64,000 bases of DNA from Macrostomum lignano (taxonomy: Eukaryota). The stretch lies in contig NIVC01000947.1 of assembly GCA_002269645.1 (NCBI GenBank), positions 366,526 to 430,525 of the forward strand, in the 5' to 3' direction. Of the stretch, positions 22,931 through 36,000 are shown in pieces. Below the pieces are notes generated by a model. That model saw nothing but the letters and a program-made list of their open reading frames with translations, ran no database searches and was not told where the DNA came from. A program made the position numbers and the translations under genes. Each line of letters starts with the position of its first letter. Positions within the stretch are counted from its first letter, which is position 1.

Positions 22931-25780
22931 ACCGGTCCCCGACGACGGTCTAGAAGATCCCGACGATGACGAGGATGACGACGTGAGGCCGGCCCTCTGG
23001 TGGTGTTTCCGGCCTCTGGCGATCCTGGAGGTGCAGCCAGGAGGTGGACCGATCACGACACCAGCGAACCAGGCAAGTGCACTTCGGCGTGAGCCAGTGC
23101 TGTATGGTGAATGCCACTTGCGTGAGCCTGTTTCAAATGCATCTGTGCCTGCTGTTTCTTTTTTGGCCGTCTATGCGCCCGCTCCCCCTGAACCTTCTTC
23201 TGCGGTGCAGTCTTGTGCACCATCGCCATGCACCACTTAGGCGGAAGCGCCTTTAGGACCGGTAGGGTTAGGTAGGCCAGTTAGGGATCGTAGGCCTCCA
23301 GAGAGGCTCTTATTAGCAATACTAGGCCTCAAATGTATGTTAGTCGCACCGCCCGCATGCGCGCACAAATTTTAACTCATTTCAGCGCAGCAATGCATCC
23401 AACGCGCCCCACTAAGCGTACGGATCGGTCTAACTCTGACGAGTGGGAGAGAGGTTGGCTGTGACCGACTTTTTGTTGCATGCTGGTCCGGCCATCGGGG
23501 CCGCCGCCGGCCAACTGGAAGGCGCACCACGACAGGCTCCCGTCCTGCTTGTGCACCCGTGGCTGCGGCTGGGTCAGCCGACACGAGAGAAGGTCTTCGT
23601 CACCGCCGCCAGGCGGGTGTCGCCCCAACCTGAGCGAAGGGAGCGCGCGTCGTCGAGGAACCGCCGGTCTCGTCGCCGCCGCAGCAGGCGAGCCGTGGCC
23701 GCCCCGGTGGAGGTCGTCGACCTCACCCTTGATTCCCCTCCGCATGTGAGGCGGCTGCGTGATTAAGAACCGCGTACCAGCTGGCCGGAAGATCACCAGC
23801 AGCCCGCCGCCGGTTTCGCCACTCTGCGCGAGCAGTTTCTAGCCCGCAGAGCCCAGGAGTATGCTCAGCCAACGGCCTGCCACGCCACAGTCACGGGTCA
23901 TCGGCCGTCATCTTCCAGCCCCACGGCCCTGATAGGCCATCAGCCCGGCCCGGCCGGCTGGAGCACAGGCGAGAGTGCCGGATATGCCACTGCTGTTCCC
24001 GGCTCGGGTAGGTGAGACTGGTGAGAGTCGGCACAAAGAATTCAGCCAAGAATTATTTTTGGTAAAGATTGCACTTTTGAATGAGTTACATCCCCACTTT
24101 TATTTGCCTGCAGGAGTCATTAGAGAGCGCGCGTTGCTTAGATCCTGCCCGACTAATAATGTACACGAGCATCAAGCAAAGCAGCGGGACGGTTCTTCAT
24201 ATTAATTCAACCGGTTCAATATTTAAAAAGTCCAGCGACTTTGGTTTCTATACCCTATATTGACCACAGCATCCAAAACAGAGCAATTTTACTCCATCGC
24301 TGACTGCATCACAAATGAACACAATGTACGAGCTAGCTTCAGTATCAACTTTTCTTCGCTTGCTGAGACATCATATCTTAAATTTGATTTCCATTGTCGG
24401 GCAGTCATACCTGCTCATTATTTCCGTCACTGATTTTTAATGGGCGCTGATTCACAGCTGTTTGGAATTTCAGCAGTGCGACTTGGAAACTTATCTAGGG
24501 TTATATTTTCATTATTTTGAAAAGGCGTAAACATATGATCATACAAACGGAATATTTTTATGCAAGAACCACTTAATGCATTCGGCAAGACGGTATTTGA
24601 GGCCAAAAAGTCACTAACAACGCTCGTGTCGCAGAGGCCGAAGGCGACACACGCAGCCGCCTGTGGCTGATACCCCGGAGGTAGAGCCGCGGCGAAATCC
24701 TTCTAAGTTCTCACCCACGCTTCGGCACCGAGCCAAGATCAAGCTCTAGCTCTCGCGGACGTGGTGGGACGGGGCCATTGCGGCCTACCGTCAAGACTTC
24801 GTCAAGACCACGCCAGGGAGACGGCGCGTGGAGTCGGTCAGGCCGGTGCCATGACCCCCCTCCCTCGTTTCAGGCACCTGACAGAAAGCGGCCACCGGCT
24901 TTTGCCCAGTGACTCGCCCGTGAGCACCCCGATAGACGCGGTCGACTCAGCGGATGAACGACCAATGCACCGAAACGCCGGCCTACATTCAAGGCAGCGA
25001 GGAAGCGGGCTAGCCGATGCCCTCCGTGACGTGCTCCCGGTGGCCCCGCCGCCATCCCTGGCTGGCCCAGTCGAGGTCTGTGACGTCGGAGTCCAGGTCG
25101 TCGAGCTGGAGCTGGGCTAGACGAGAGATCCTGACCACGAAGACGGCCCTTCCTCATGGTTGGAGCCGCCATGTACCTAGGCGGACTCTTTCTCACGGCA
25201 GCCCGAAGCGAGACTTGGCCCGGATACTTCAGCTGGCCCCGCTGGGTGCGGCTCCGCGAGTTGTCCGATCGCAACCGCCAGGAAGTGCTCGACTCCGCAG
25301 CTCGCCTGGCCAGCCCCGAGATCGAACAAAGCCGCTACCCGACGATCATACAGGCGGTAGCCCTGCTGGCGGCCACTAACCTTATGGGCCAGCCGCCAGA
25401 CATCCCGGACGCCATCCTCAAGGCTGTCACGCCCTGGATGTGTAACCTGTGAGGCCACGTGCTTGGCTGTCAGCCTTAATGGGCATAGAACTGTCGAGAT
25501 TTGTGATGCGCTGCATCAACACTTAGAAACGCTAGCGAATCTCGCATCTGTCCTCGCACCAGGGCTTCTGTCTGCCGCTGGGCATTTGCTCGGGTCCGCT
25601 CTTGTCCTCGCTCGCTTGCTCTCGTTTGCAGTGCCCAGACAGCTTGGGCTGGCCTGCCTGTTTCGTTCTCGGTTTGGCACTTCCATTTTTGGAGTGTCGC
25701 TCTGTTTTCCGATCCCAAGGTCACTGGTGGCTTCAACAGTGGGCCTTTTTCCCCTTTTTATGTGAGTCAGTCACATGACA
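22387..25780 (+). mobile_element. 3' part of a decayed Gypsy element with GC-rich accessory ORF remnants
   Basis: GC-rich coding-like segments (23390-24050, 24740-25452) follow the integrase; boundaries and LTR not defined. Confidence 0.4.
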
Positions 25781-26244
25781 AGGCCTTTTTTGTCTTGTTA
25801 GTCCAAAGTGCAATGATTTCATCATTGTGCGTTGGGCCCATGTTTGTGGGGAAATCACATGCACCCAGATCCCTGCCTCCTCTGAACAAAACCCGTACAC
25901 CAGCCAGTTTACAGCTCCAAGTTTTCTAGGCTTGGTGTTGGTCTCTCTTTGCCAATGTGTGAAGGCCTAGTAATTTAATTTAGTTTCGTCCCCTAATGTA
26001 CAATTATCGACCTGACTGAACCAATTCCTCTATTGCCTTGTTTAGTTTTTTATTTGCTTTATTTAAATATATACGGAATTGTGGACCATGTGTGCAAGCC
26101 CTGAAGATGACCGCTTGTGTCAAAACGCGTTGACTATAAATTTACTTGTATGTTGGTGTTAACCTTCATTTTCTATTACTTATTAAACGAGCATCGCTAC
26201 CAGATTATTAGTTTTATAGTTATAGTTTTATTTTTCATAGTATA

Positions 26245-28115
26245 ATGTCCAATCAAGATTCGAACAACAAATCATCGCAACCGACGAGCAAAAGAAGTCG
26301 TAAGGAAGATGGCTTCACCGAGGCGATCGCTGCAATGGACGACATGGTCCTGCAGAATGCATCCGGACCGACTACTCACCTTCAGTTCCCGGACTCCCCG
26401 GATGTCACGGAGGCTGAAAAATACGGTACAGACACGACGCTCGGATCAAGTGCTTCACTAACATGCTGCAGTCAGTGGCTGACGACTGCTACCAACAACT
26501 CATCCAGGATGTCCTGCCTCTAGCTTTTAAGCACCGCCAACATGAGCGCCGCCTGGTCTACTGGTATGGGCCGCAGTACTCTTATTTGGGTGTTCCGCTC
26601 TAGCCTAACAATAACTGGCCCCCTGTAGTAGAAAAAATTAAGCGATTCCTCATCAACAAAGCCAACCTCCCAGCACCAGAATTTAACTCATGCCTAGTTA
26701 ACTTCTACACTACGGCATCAGAAAGGATCCCTTCACGCCGACAATGAACCCGAGATTGGCCAGCGTCCCTACATCACCACAGTCTCCTTTCTCCTTGGGC
26801 GCGATCAGGTCTTTCTGGATCAAAATTTAGGACCACACCAGGCTCTGTAATCCTCATGTCTGGATCTACGCAGCAGCACTGCCAGTACTCTGTGCCAGAA
26901 TGCAGGAAGCAAGAAGGTGTACGAGTCTCACTCACCCTCCGTGTCACTAGCGAAGCGAACAATGGTCCTACGTCCATGGCTGTTGACGACAACGACGAGG
27001 CGGCTGCGGCGGCGAAGGCGACGGCACGGCGACGACAGCGTTCCGGAACAGCGTTGGCGTGGCAACAGCAGCGGCAGCGACTCCAGGCGGTGACTTCCGG
27101 TCATACGCGAGCGTGACCATAGCACCTCGTCCTCCTCCAACTAGGCAAACCTCCGAAGCCACACCAGTCTTTGAAGTAGACGCTGACGCGGCTGGTGACC
27201 AGCTGAAGTTTCTGGAGTGGCTGGCAGCAAACTTCCAAGGTTCCATCCAAACTAATCCAAACTAACCATCCAAACTAAGCCCTTGGCTAACGGCACCGGC
27301 TTTGTGTTGACACCGGTCACGACTCGAAATCACGAGATTTTGCTACACGGTGAACTAAGAGTGCCGTTGCTAGGCGACGAACTAGTCACCAGGCCGCTCC
27401 CAGGGCCAGGCCACTTCTTAACAACAGCGTCAGTGCTGACCAACAGACTAAGGTCAACCAAGTACAGCAAGGAAAAAGATCCCATGTGACCTTTGTCATC
27501 CGCGACGTCCCGACCAACATTCAGGAGGCCGGATTCCTGCAGATGCTCAAAGGCGACCTCGGGCTCAACATCGAGAGCGTCTGAAGAATCAGATAAAAAA
27601 ACACTGGGTATTCGACCCAAATGCTTAGTGCCTTCACCAATGACGAGTCCCTTCCCTGGCGGCACGGTGCGTTGCTGACGGCATCTCAACGGACTTCTGC
27701 CACTACCCTTGCGAGGTGAGCCGCACGATGACACCAGTGAGAGAGTAGCAATGCCAGCGATGCCAGGCCTTTGGACACTCGGCACGAGTATGCGAGGGGG
27801 GCATTGCCTGCCGGATCTGTTCTGAACTCACCACTGGAAAGACTGCCCCAGACCGGAGGAGCCGCATTGCGTCAACTTTGGAGAGGCCTACAGAACCACC
27901 AGCCACGCCAACAAAATGCGCGACTCCGCCACCAGACAAGCCGCTGCCGTGAGGCTGCGGAGACGGAGCTCGAACGCCAACGCCAACAAACTGCCGACTC
28001 AGCGCTACCGCCGCCGCCGCTGCCACCGCCAGTCTCAGCTCCTACCCAGAGCGCACTTCCGGCCGACAACCAGACCCGGTCCAACATCCTGCAATTGACA
28101 TTCAAGTACTGGTAA
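26245..28115 (+). pseudogene. LINE ORF1 (gag-like: RRM-like region plus three CCHC knuckles) with an N-terminal AlkB/2OG-Fe(II) dioxygenase domain; frameshifted
   Basis: AlkB motifs RRLVYWYGPQYSYLG, FNSCLVNFY, H-A-D (26734-42), GSVILMSGSTQQHCQYSVP and RVSLTLR (26922-42). Then SYASVT linker, FVIRDVPTNI, and QCQRCQAFGHSARVC / CRICSE.HHWKDC / HCVNFG knuckles (~27750-27910). Confidence 0.8.
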
Positions 28116-29399
28116 GTGGGCTGGTGCCTGCAACAGTTCAATTGGTGATTGAGATGGTCACCAGGACTCTGGCTGGGTCAGCGTCGGGTCCATTTGCCTC
28201 AGCCGATGCCTGTCAAACGGTGTCGGATGTGGTAAACCCGCATCTGGCAGAGGTTATACGCGTTTATCCCCGGGGCCTTTGAGTTTGTGTTCTCACTTTT
28301 TTAAGATAGATGTCTAGCGGTCTAAGGTTTGTACAGCTCTAATTTCTCCAATCAGGCCGTCAGAGAAAACCGTATAAACCGACGGGATCTCCTAGTATCT
28401 AAGCTGAGTTTGAGTCTCTCTAGGATTTGCTCTGCGCGGCAATTAAGACAAATGATTATATTGAAGACTTAGATTTGTGCCGACTGGATAATCCAGAGAC
28501 CAATTCAAAGGGAGCAATTTGAGATCGAAAACTGCGCAAGAAAACGAAGCGCCGTTCCAGTTTGAGATGACGTCTATTTATACCAATTCGCATTTTTGAC
28601 CTCCCCATCGCCGCCGGTGGGGTGTCTTCGCGTGGTTAGCAACGGCGGGGTTTTTTAAGCAATAAAAATCTAGGACTCAGTTCCCTAGCTGTACATGAAT
28701 TTGGTTAGTTCTAGTAGGTTGCTAAGCGTGAGGGTTAGAGATTATTCGGGGTTTGCAAATCTATGTGTTAAGTTGGATAAAATTTGGGATAGAAAGATTA
28801 TAGAAAAATAGCTTAATTTTCCGTCTCTTAACTCTGTCCATTGAAGATTAAACAGTCCTCTGTTTCTCTCGGTTGTCAGGCAGCTTGGGGGTTGATCTCG
28901 CCTTCTTGGGCCACTTCAGGTTGGATAGGAGTCTCTAGGTGGGCCTCACGTTTTCTCCCTCAGGGTGCGCCAGAAGACGCCGCGTGCCGCGTTGTTCTCT
29001 AAGCTGGGCCGCTTCTCCCAGCCAGTTTAATCGCCATTATTCCTGCGGCGGGGTGTCGCTACTGACTGGAATGGAAAGGGACTTAATTAGATTCGGCTAT
29101 TCAAATTGATTGACAGCTGATTAATTATCTTAGAGCTGCTTCTGTTGGCTGTTCTCATAAGTGTTCTCACAGGCTCTATTGTGCTTTCCTGCCTCGCCCT
29201 TCACTGCGCCTGGACTTTTCATAAATTTCTATCTATCTTCTAACTTAAGGTAAAGTTCAGATTTCTAACTCTTATAGAGGTGATCGGCCGGGGTCTGGGT
29301 GGCCATCCTGCCCCGCTACCCAGGGAAAGTTGGCCGGCAGAGCGTCTGTCCGGCCAACCAGGTACCTAGAAATAAATGCGGAAACTACAATTCAATTGT

Positions 29400-31945
29400 G
29401 AAAAATAAAGTATCAAAATAGCGCACCTTAACTGCAGAGGGATCAAACCCAAAGTGAAAGAACTTAGATTTTGGCTCCGAACTAATAAAATAGGCACAGC
29501 CCTGTTCTCTGAAACAGTCCTCAGCTCCCCCGACCATGCTCATTTCCTGGTTACGGAACTGTTCATTTCGATACCCAGGACACAAAGAAAGGCCTCCTTG
29601 TCCACTCACCAAAGGTCCAAATCACAAACTATGCTCTGACCTACGACAAACACTCACTGGTCTACAGAAATTCTTCACTGGACCAGCTTGACACCAACCT
29701 CCTCTCCAGACTCCTTTCAGACAAACATAGCCTCCTGCTGGGGGACCTAAATGCTAGGCATGGGTTCCTTTGAAGTGAGAGTAGCTGTAACAGAGCAGGG
29801 AAGCAACTCCACGAGCAGGCAGCAAACAATAAAATCAACCCAGTCATCTATAGGAACGTTCTAGACTTGGGCATTTCGACAACTGACTTCAGCCCCTGGA
29901 TAAGCAAGTTCTACATCGGAGATGATGTGGGCAGTGACCATCTTCCCATCTTCGTCACCCTTAACTCCACACCCCCACCAGTCTGGTCAGGACCGGAAAA
30001 ACCAAAAAAACTTCAACAAAGTAGATTGGGACACCTTTCAAGCCCACTTAAGAGAAAACATGCTTCACAAAAAAGAAGACACAAGATCCCCTCTGGACTC
30101 TAAAATTGACCAGGAAGCCAAAACCATCACAGAAGTCATCCAAAAGACTATTGAAGAGGTTTTTCCAACCAGAAACCTTCAAAGACCTCTCCCTCCAGAT
30201 CTCCAACCAGACAAGAGATGACTCCTTCAGAAGGAAAGCCATCCAGATTGCCAAAGTAATTAGAAGAAAAATAGATGCTTTTAGGCTAGAAAACTTACCA
30301 AAATGTGAGAGAATAGTCGAAAACAGTAACAACAAAAAATCAAGGACTGCTGGAGAGACACTAAAGTTCTCATGGGCAAAAACAAAACAGGAACCATTCC
30401 TTCGCTTTCCACGGAAAGGAAACTGCTCACACTGACATTGACAAAGCAAACCTCATTGCAACCACTCTACAATAGGATTCATCCCATTTCATCCACCAGC
30501 ATTTTCTTTAAAGAAGAGGTTGAAAATGTGTGCAAACGAACCGAGTTCAAGCCCATCCCACAAGGCAGCTGTCAAGATAACGCATCCACTGGAGATCCCC
30601 TTTACTGCCTCTGACACAATCTGGGAGCTCGAACATCTTATTGTAAACAGCGCCCCTGGACTTGTCAAAATCTCCAACAAAGTCCTCGAATTTGGCCTTG
30701 AAGGCGTTGCGATCAACCGAATCACCAACCTATTCAACTCCTGCTTCAAAACAGGCATCTTTCCCACGACATGGAAGCAGGCGGTGGTCACAATGATCCC
30801 CAAACCTAACAAACGCTTGCAATCACCTAGCTCTTATAGACCAATTAGCCTACATCCTGCTTAGAAAAAGTCTTTGAAAAACTCCTGTTGAGAAGACTTA
30901 TGAAACACTTAGAAGCAAACAACACATTGGGTAGTGATCAGTGTGCTTACCGCAAGGTCCATTCTACACTTGATAATCTAGTTTGGCTCGTCCAGGATGC
31001 CCTGGTCGCTGAGGCAGAACACTTGAGATGCCTAGACATCTTCTTCGACGTGGAAGGCGCCTTTGACACAATCGTCCACGACTATCTCAGATACAAAATA
31101 TTCCAAGTCGATCTGCCAACAGCCATCACCCGGATTTGCTCCAACTACCTTGAAAACAGGAGTATGCAAGTTAAGGTCAACAGCGTCCTCAGTGACTTGT
31201 ATCAATTCATGGCAGGTGTCAGCACAATGCCCAAACGGGTCACCCAAATACATAAAGAAGTCAATTCGATGATGACATGGCCATCTGGGGCTTCGCCAAA
31301 TCTTTTGGGGAACTCCGAAATCAAATACAACCGTACCTGAACAGCATTTGGGCCTAGTTCGGAGAACAGGGTGTTAAAATCGATGCAAACAAAAGTCAAG
31401 CCACAGTCTTTAACTATGCCCCAGCAAACCCGGATAGAAGGGATATCAGACCCGAATTAAAACTAGGTGATGCAACTCTGACCTATCAAAAATAAGTAAA
31501 TTTCCTTGGCATCAATCTCGACTACAGACTCACTCTTAAAGCACCATGACCTATCCCTAATCTAGGTGCCCCAATCTAAGTACTCAAAAATGACAACATT
31601 ACAAAACTCCAACAAACGCAAAACCTTGCCGTCAAAATATGCTATGGCGCCCTAAGCTACACACAAATCAAATTCTTTATGAGCTAGCCGAAATGCCGAC
31701 AGGATCGTGGACCTGGGCGTAGGCTGGCTCAAAAGGCACAAAATGCCAATGCACAGGAATGTGAGAACGAACCAAACTTACCCAGAGCAGCTCAAAGAAA
31801 TCACCCGATCCTTAACAAGCTCTAGTGCAAACAAAGAGAGCTGGCCGCTTCTATGCTTCTGATCCCATCGAGATTAACAAATAAGGCAAAAAGAACCCTA
31901 AACAGCGATGCAGAAAAAAACCATCAAACAAAAAAACTTGCCGAA
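29400..31945 (+). pseudogene. Decayed I/Jockey-group LINE ORF2 (APE endonuclease plus RT) with A-rich tail
   Basis: IKIAHLNCRGI..ET; LLLGDLNARH; DDVGSDHLPI; WKQAVVTMIPKPNK..SSYRPISL; QCAYRKVHST; FFDVEGAFDTIVH. Many frameshifts. Confidence 0.85.
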
Positions 31946-32164
31946 GATAGTCGGACTGGCTCCCAAGCTAAATTCACATATCGTGAATTGACTGCGCAGG
32001 CGCCACACTGTGGATAACCTATCTTGCAGTGTCACTCAGGGTACGCGGACAATATCTTTTACCCATCAGCGACTGTATTAGGACTGTATTACTGTGCTAA
32101 ATCAGTAACATAATACTATCATTCCAGGTATTGGAAGCAGTCTGTAACACAATTTTGTACTTCA

Positions 32165-32603
32165 TGGAAGTTCCTGTGGCCATCCTGTCGACAGTGAGTA
32201 AGCGAGGGAAAAGGAAGCTGGCCTGTGAGGGCTATTATTACACCCTTGATAAGGTCAGTGTCGCTGATAAATCTGTAAGCTTTTGGGATTGCGAAGAAGG
32301 GCGGCACCATTCCTGCCCAGAGCGAATCCACATTCAGAATGGCATGCGGATTAAACAGCTGCATCATCATACTCATGGACCAGATGGTTCCAGGTATTTG
32401 GCCCTTAGCTGTGGGAAATATGAGAAGGGAGGCTGCGGATACACAAAATTCGACAGCAAATATCCTTGCAAATCATGGAGGCAACTTTCCTGATGCCGCT
32501 GTAGTTGCTTTACCGAAGCAAACGGTGCAAAACGTTGCCTCCAAAAGTTGTCCAAAACGTGCCCATTCAGCCACAAAGCCGCGTAGAACTGGTTCGAATC
32601 CAT
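32165..32603 (+). pseudogene. FLYWCH zinc-finger / MULE transposase N-terminal fragment
   Basis: SKRGKRKLACEGYYY..SFWDC....SCPERIH......HHHTHGPD, then a frameshift into a MULE-like helical segment. Confidence 0.7.
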
Positions 32604-32958
32604 AAAATTTTTGGCTTTAATTTGAAGTACTTTACTTACTACTGACGGGGGGCGCAGGCGCCGCGAATAGGCCGCGAGGCCCCTATCGCAACCTCAAGGT
32701 ATTTGAAGTAATTTTTAAAAGTTTTACTGTCTACTTGCACGAATCTGTGTCTTGATTTTTTTTCATGGCTCTGAAGTGCCTTCTGTTAGTTTAAGAAGAT
32801 TAAGAAGTAGAAGTTTGTGGATAGGAGACCATTAACCCTGCTTGATAAGAGAATAATCCTGTGGATTTCATTTCCAAAACAGACTGCTGATGGCACGACG
32901 CCAGGCGATGAGACTGCAGGCGAAGGAGGCGAGCAGCAGCAGCAGCAATCCGACACCC

Positions 32959-33048
32959 GGGGGACAAGAAGGCACCCTCCGAGCGAACACCATGGGGTCC
33001 CCGGACGCCCCGCGTCGCGCAACAGGACCGAGGCGACTAATGGCCTTC
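32959..33048 (+). ncRNA. HDV-like self-cleaving ribozyme at the 5' end of element A (enlarged L3)
   Basis: P1 GGGGAC/GTCCCC; P2 GAAGGC-A/T-g-GCCTTC; P3 CCC/GGG; L3 begins TCC and is 16 nt; P1.1 GG; P4 CGCC/GGCG; J4/2 CTAA (C33037). Confidence 0.65.
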
Positions 33049-36000
33049 ACAATCAGCGATGCTCCATATGGAGCGAGAGAGCCAATACTGCGTGCATGGA
33101 GACCGAACCTCAGCAACAACAACAACAAGGGCAACAGATCTCGACCGACGCCCCCCATGCTGAGAGCCTACCTACTGAACAAGTCCTGCGACTGCGAGGC
33201 GGTTGCGACCATCCTGACCGCCGACCCAAGCACGGCCGCCGGAGGAATACCGCGGAGTCGGGCCCAGAGCTCATCCTACAGTTCAACTGTAACGGCGTCA
33301 AGAGCCGTCATACTGAGCTGGCTAAATGGCTCCACGTCAATCGTCCGGCTGCGGTCCTACTGCAGGAAACGAAGCTTGCCAGAGACACAGATTACATCCC
33401 TCCTACCGGATACTACGTCGCCGCGCGCTGCGACGGTCTTCCTAAAGAGGCCGCCGGCACCCGGGCCACCGAGAACAAGGAAGGGGGGCACCTCTCCAGC
33501 CCACCCAACCCAGTGGCCCCGAAGCTAACCCTAACGAAGGGGCCAGCGCGGACAACTGCCCCACGCCATGGGCAAACTGCGGCCGCAAGATTAAGCGCCC
33601 ACGTTGCCGCATCCGCTGGCCGGCTGACAAGAATGATAAGGCGGAGTGGTGCCGCGGCTGCCGCTCAGGCAGAACCGCCTGCACCCGCAGAGACGAGCCG
33701 TGGCCACAACCACCGCAACCGCAGCCACAGGCCCAGACCCAGAGTGCGCAACACAATCGCGCCGACCGACAACCAACAGGAGCAGGCACGGAGGACCGCC
33801 GCCTCGAAGCCGCCAATAACTCGGCCCAAGAACAGGACGAACAAAGCGACCCACACCAGAGGAGGCACCCTGATCCTAGTGCGCGCCGACATTGCGTCCG
33901 ACACTACGCCATCGCCGCCGGACAACGAACGCCAACTGCTAGACTGCGCCACCGCCACCATCCACCTCAAAGGCCAGGAGCCGATCACGCTGGTTTCCCT
34001 CTACGCACCACCGACCAGCAACCAACGGGGGGAAACCTGGCAACCCCCGCTTCATCTGGTCCCGAACGCCACTGGCCCCACCGTCGTCGCCGGCGACTTC
34101 AACGCCCACGGCAGTTGGGACCGGCACCAAGACGAAGATGAGCGCGGCAAAATAGTGGAAGCCTGGGCGACCTCCCGCAACCTGAGACTTGCAAACGGCG
34201 ACTACCATACGCGAACTAACCCAGCAACAGGAGGCAAATCTACTCCGGACCTTACCTGGACCAGCAACAACCTCCTGCAAGGCATCGCGGAGGGCTGGAC
34301 GACCCTCGACGATCTGGGGTCCGACCATCTGCCCATCTCCTTCCCGGTCCAGAGACACCCCAGAGCGCCACGGAAGGGCAAGAACCTGCCACGGGCCACG
34401 TGGTGCTTCCGCAAAGCGGACTGGGGGAGCTTTAAGGACGAACTCACTAAGATCGACGGCCAAAGGGCTGACTACCCAACTCACGGCGTCCAACTCGCAC
34501 ATCTTCACGCCATCATCTGTAACGACATTCTAACGGCCGCTGCCCATAACATACCCAAAGGGGCCAGAACTGCTGCGAAACCATTCTGGACTGACGCCTG
34601 CGCCCAAGCCACCCGGGAGTGCAAAGAAGCCCGGCACGTCGCCGAGCTGTCCCCGAGCGACGACAACCTGGCTAGGTTCAAAGCGGCCCGTAACAACTCC
34701 AGAAAGGTGATCCGCCAGGAGAAACGCCGCGCCTGGAGCGAGAAGGCAGCTGAGCTCACCATCAACAGCGACCTTTTCCGCACTCTGCGCCAGATGCGTG
34801 GCGATGGCCCCAAACCAAATAGCGGCGCCTCCCTCCAGAGAAAGAAGACGGGGCAGCAAGAACCATCTCGGCCGGCCCGCACCAACCTGGAGAAGGCCAA
34901 CCTGTTCTGTCAGCAATACGCCGCTGTCTCTAGAGTTAAAGGAGGCCCCCAAGACGCCCACACCAATCAAGCCGCGAGAGCAGCCCTCAACTCCAGCTGC
35001 ACGTGCAATGGCTCACGCACCGACATGTGCTCCGCCTTCAGCCTGACCGAATACCGCAGCGCTGTGCGCTCGCTCAAATCCGGGAAGGCACCAGGCCCGG
35101 ACGGAGTTACCAACGACATGCTTAAAAGACTCCCACCGACCACGGACCTGAGGCTCCTGGACCTCATCAACCGGTCTTGGAAGGAAGGAGACTGCCCGAT
35201 GCAATGGAAGAAATCGGTCATCATACCTATCCCCAAGAAAGGGAAAGACCCTAGTAACCCGGAGTCCTACCGCCCAGTGGCACTCACCAGCAGCATCGCC
35301 AAACTGGCCGAACGGATGGTGCTCCAACGCCTGCGCTTTGCCCTCGAGAATTCTGGCCGCCTCAGCAGTACCCAGGCCGGCTTCCGCCGCGGCCGCTCTA
35401 CTGAGGAACTCATCGCGAGCACCTGCCAGGACATCTTTGACGGTCTGGAGGCGGTCCCACACCTGCGGTCAGTGCTGTGCCTTCTCGACTTTAGTCGTGC
35501 TTACGACCGGGTCTGGAGGGCTGGGCTGATCGCCAAGCTGAAAAAGCTCGGCATCCCTAACGACGTGCTCCGCTGGATCCGGAGCTTCCTTGCCGACCGA
35601 CGTGCCCGCGTACGAGTCGGCAACTGCCTGAGCAATGAAAGAATCTTCAAGGAAGGCCTCCCCCAGGGCAGCGTGCTGGCTCCCCTGCTCTGGGTCGTCT
35701 ACATCAACGACCTGGACACGGAGATTAAAGAGGCCCATACGGACTGCAAACTGAAGCTCTACGCAGACGACAGCGCCCTCCTGGCCACCGACCGGAGTCT
35801 CGACGCCTGCGCTGCGAAGCTCCAACCTGCCCTGGACGCTGTGCACAAATGGTGTCAGACGTGGAAAGTGGAGCTGAGCGCTGCGAAATGCGTCTACGGA
35901 ACTTTCACCCTGGACCCCAAGGAAACCAACGGAAAGAAGAAGGTCAGCCTCACCATCGGTGGCCAACCGCTGGCCCATGACCCAGCGCCACGCTACCTGG

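Noticed and set aside
24050-24720. AT-rich insert ending in GC hairpins (GTGTCGC..GCGACAC) as a small Helitron
   Set aside because: No clear CTAG|T 3' end or A|TC 5' end was found.
33000-33203. Complete ubiquitin or UBL domain upstream of LRLRGG
   Set aside because: The upstream residues are low-complexity or ribozyme-encoded and do not resemble ubiquitin; only the 7-aa tail matches.
32959-33290. 2A-like ribosome-skipping peptide in the retroposon leaders
   Set aside because: No D(V/I)ExNPGP is present in either leader; AESGPE in element A does not fit.
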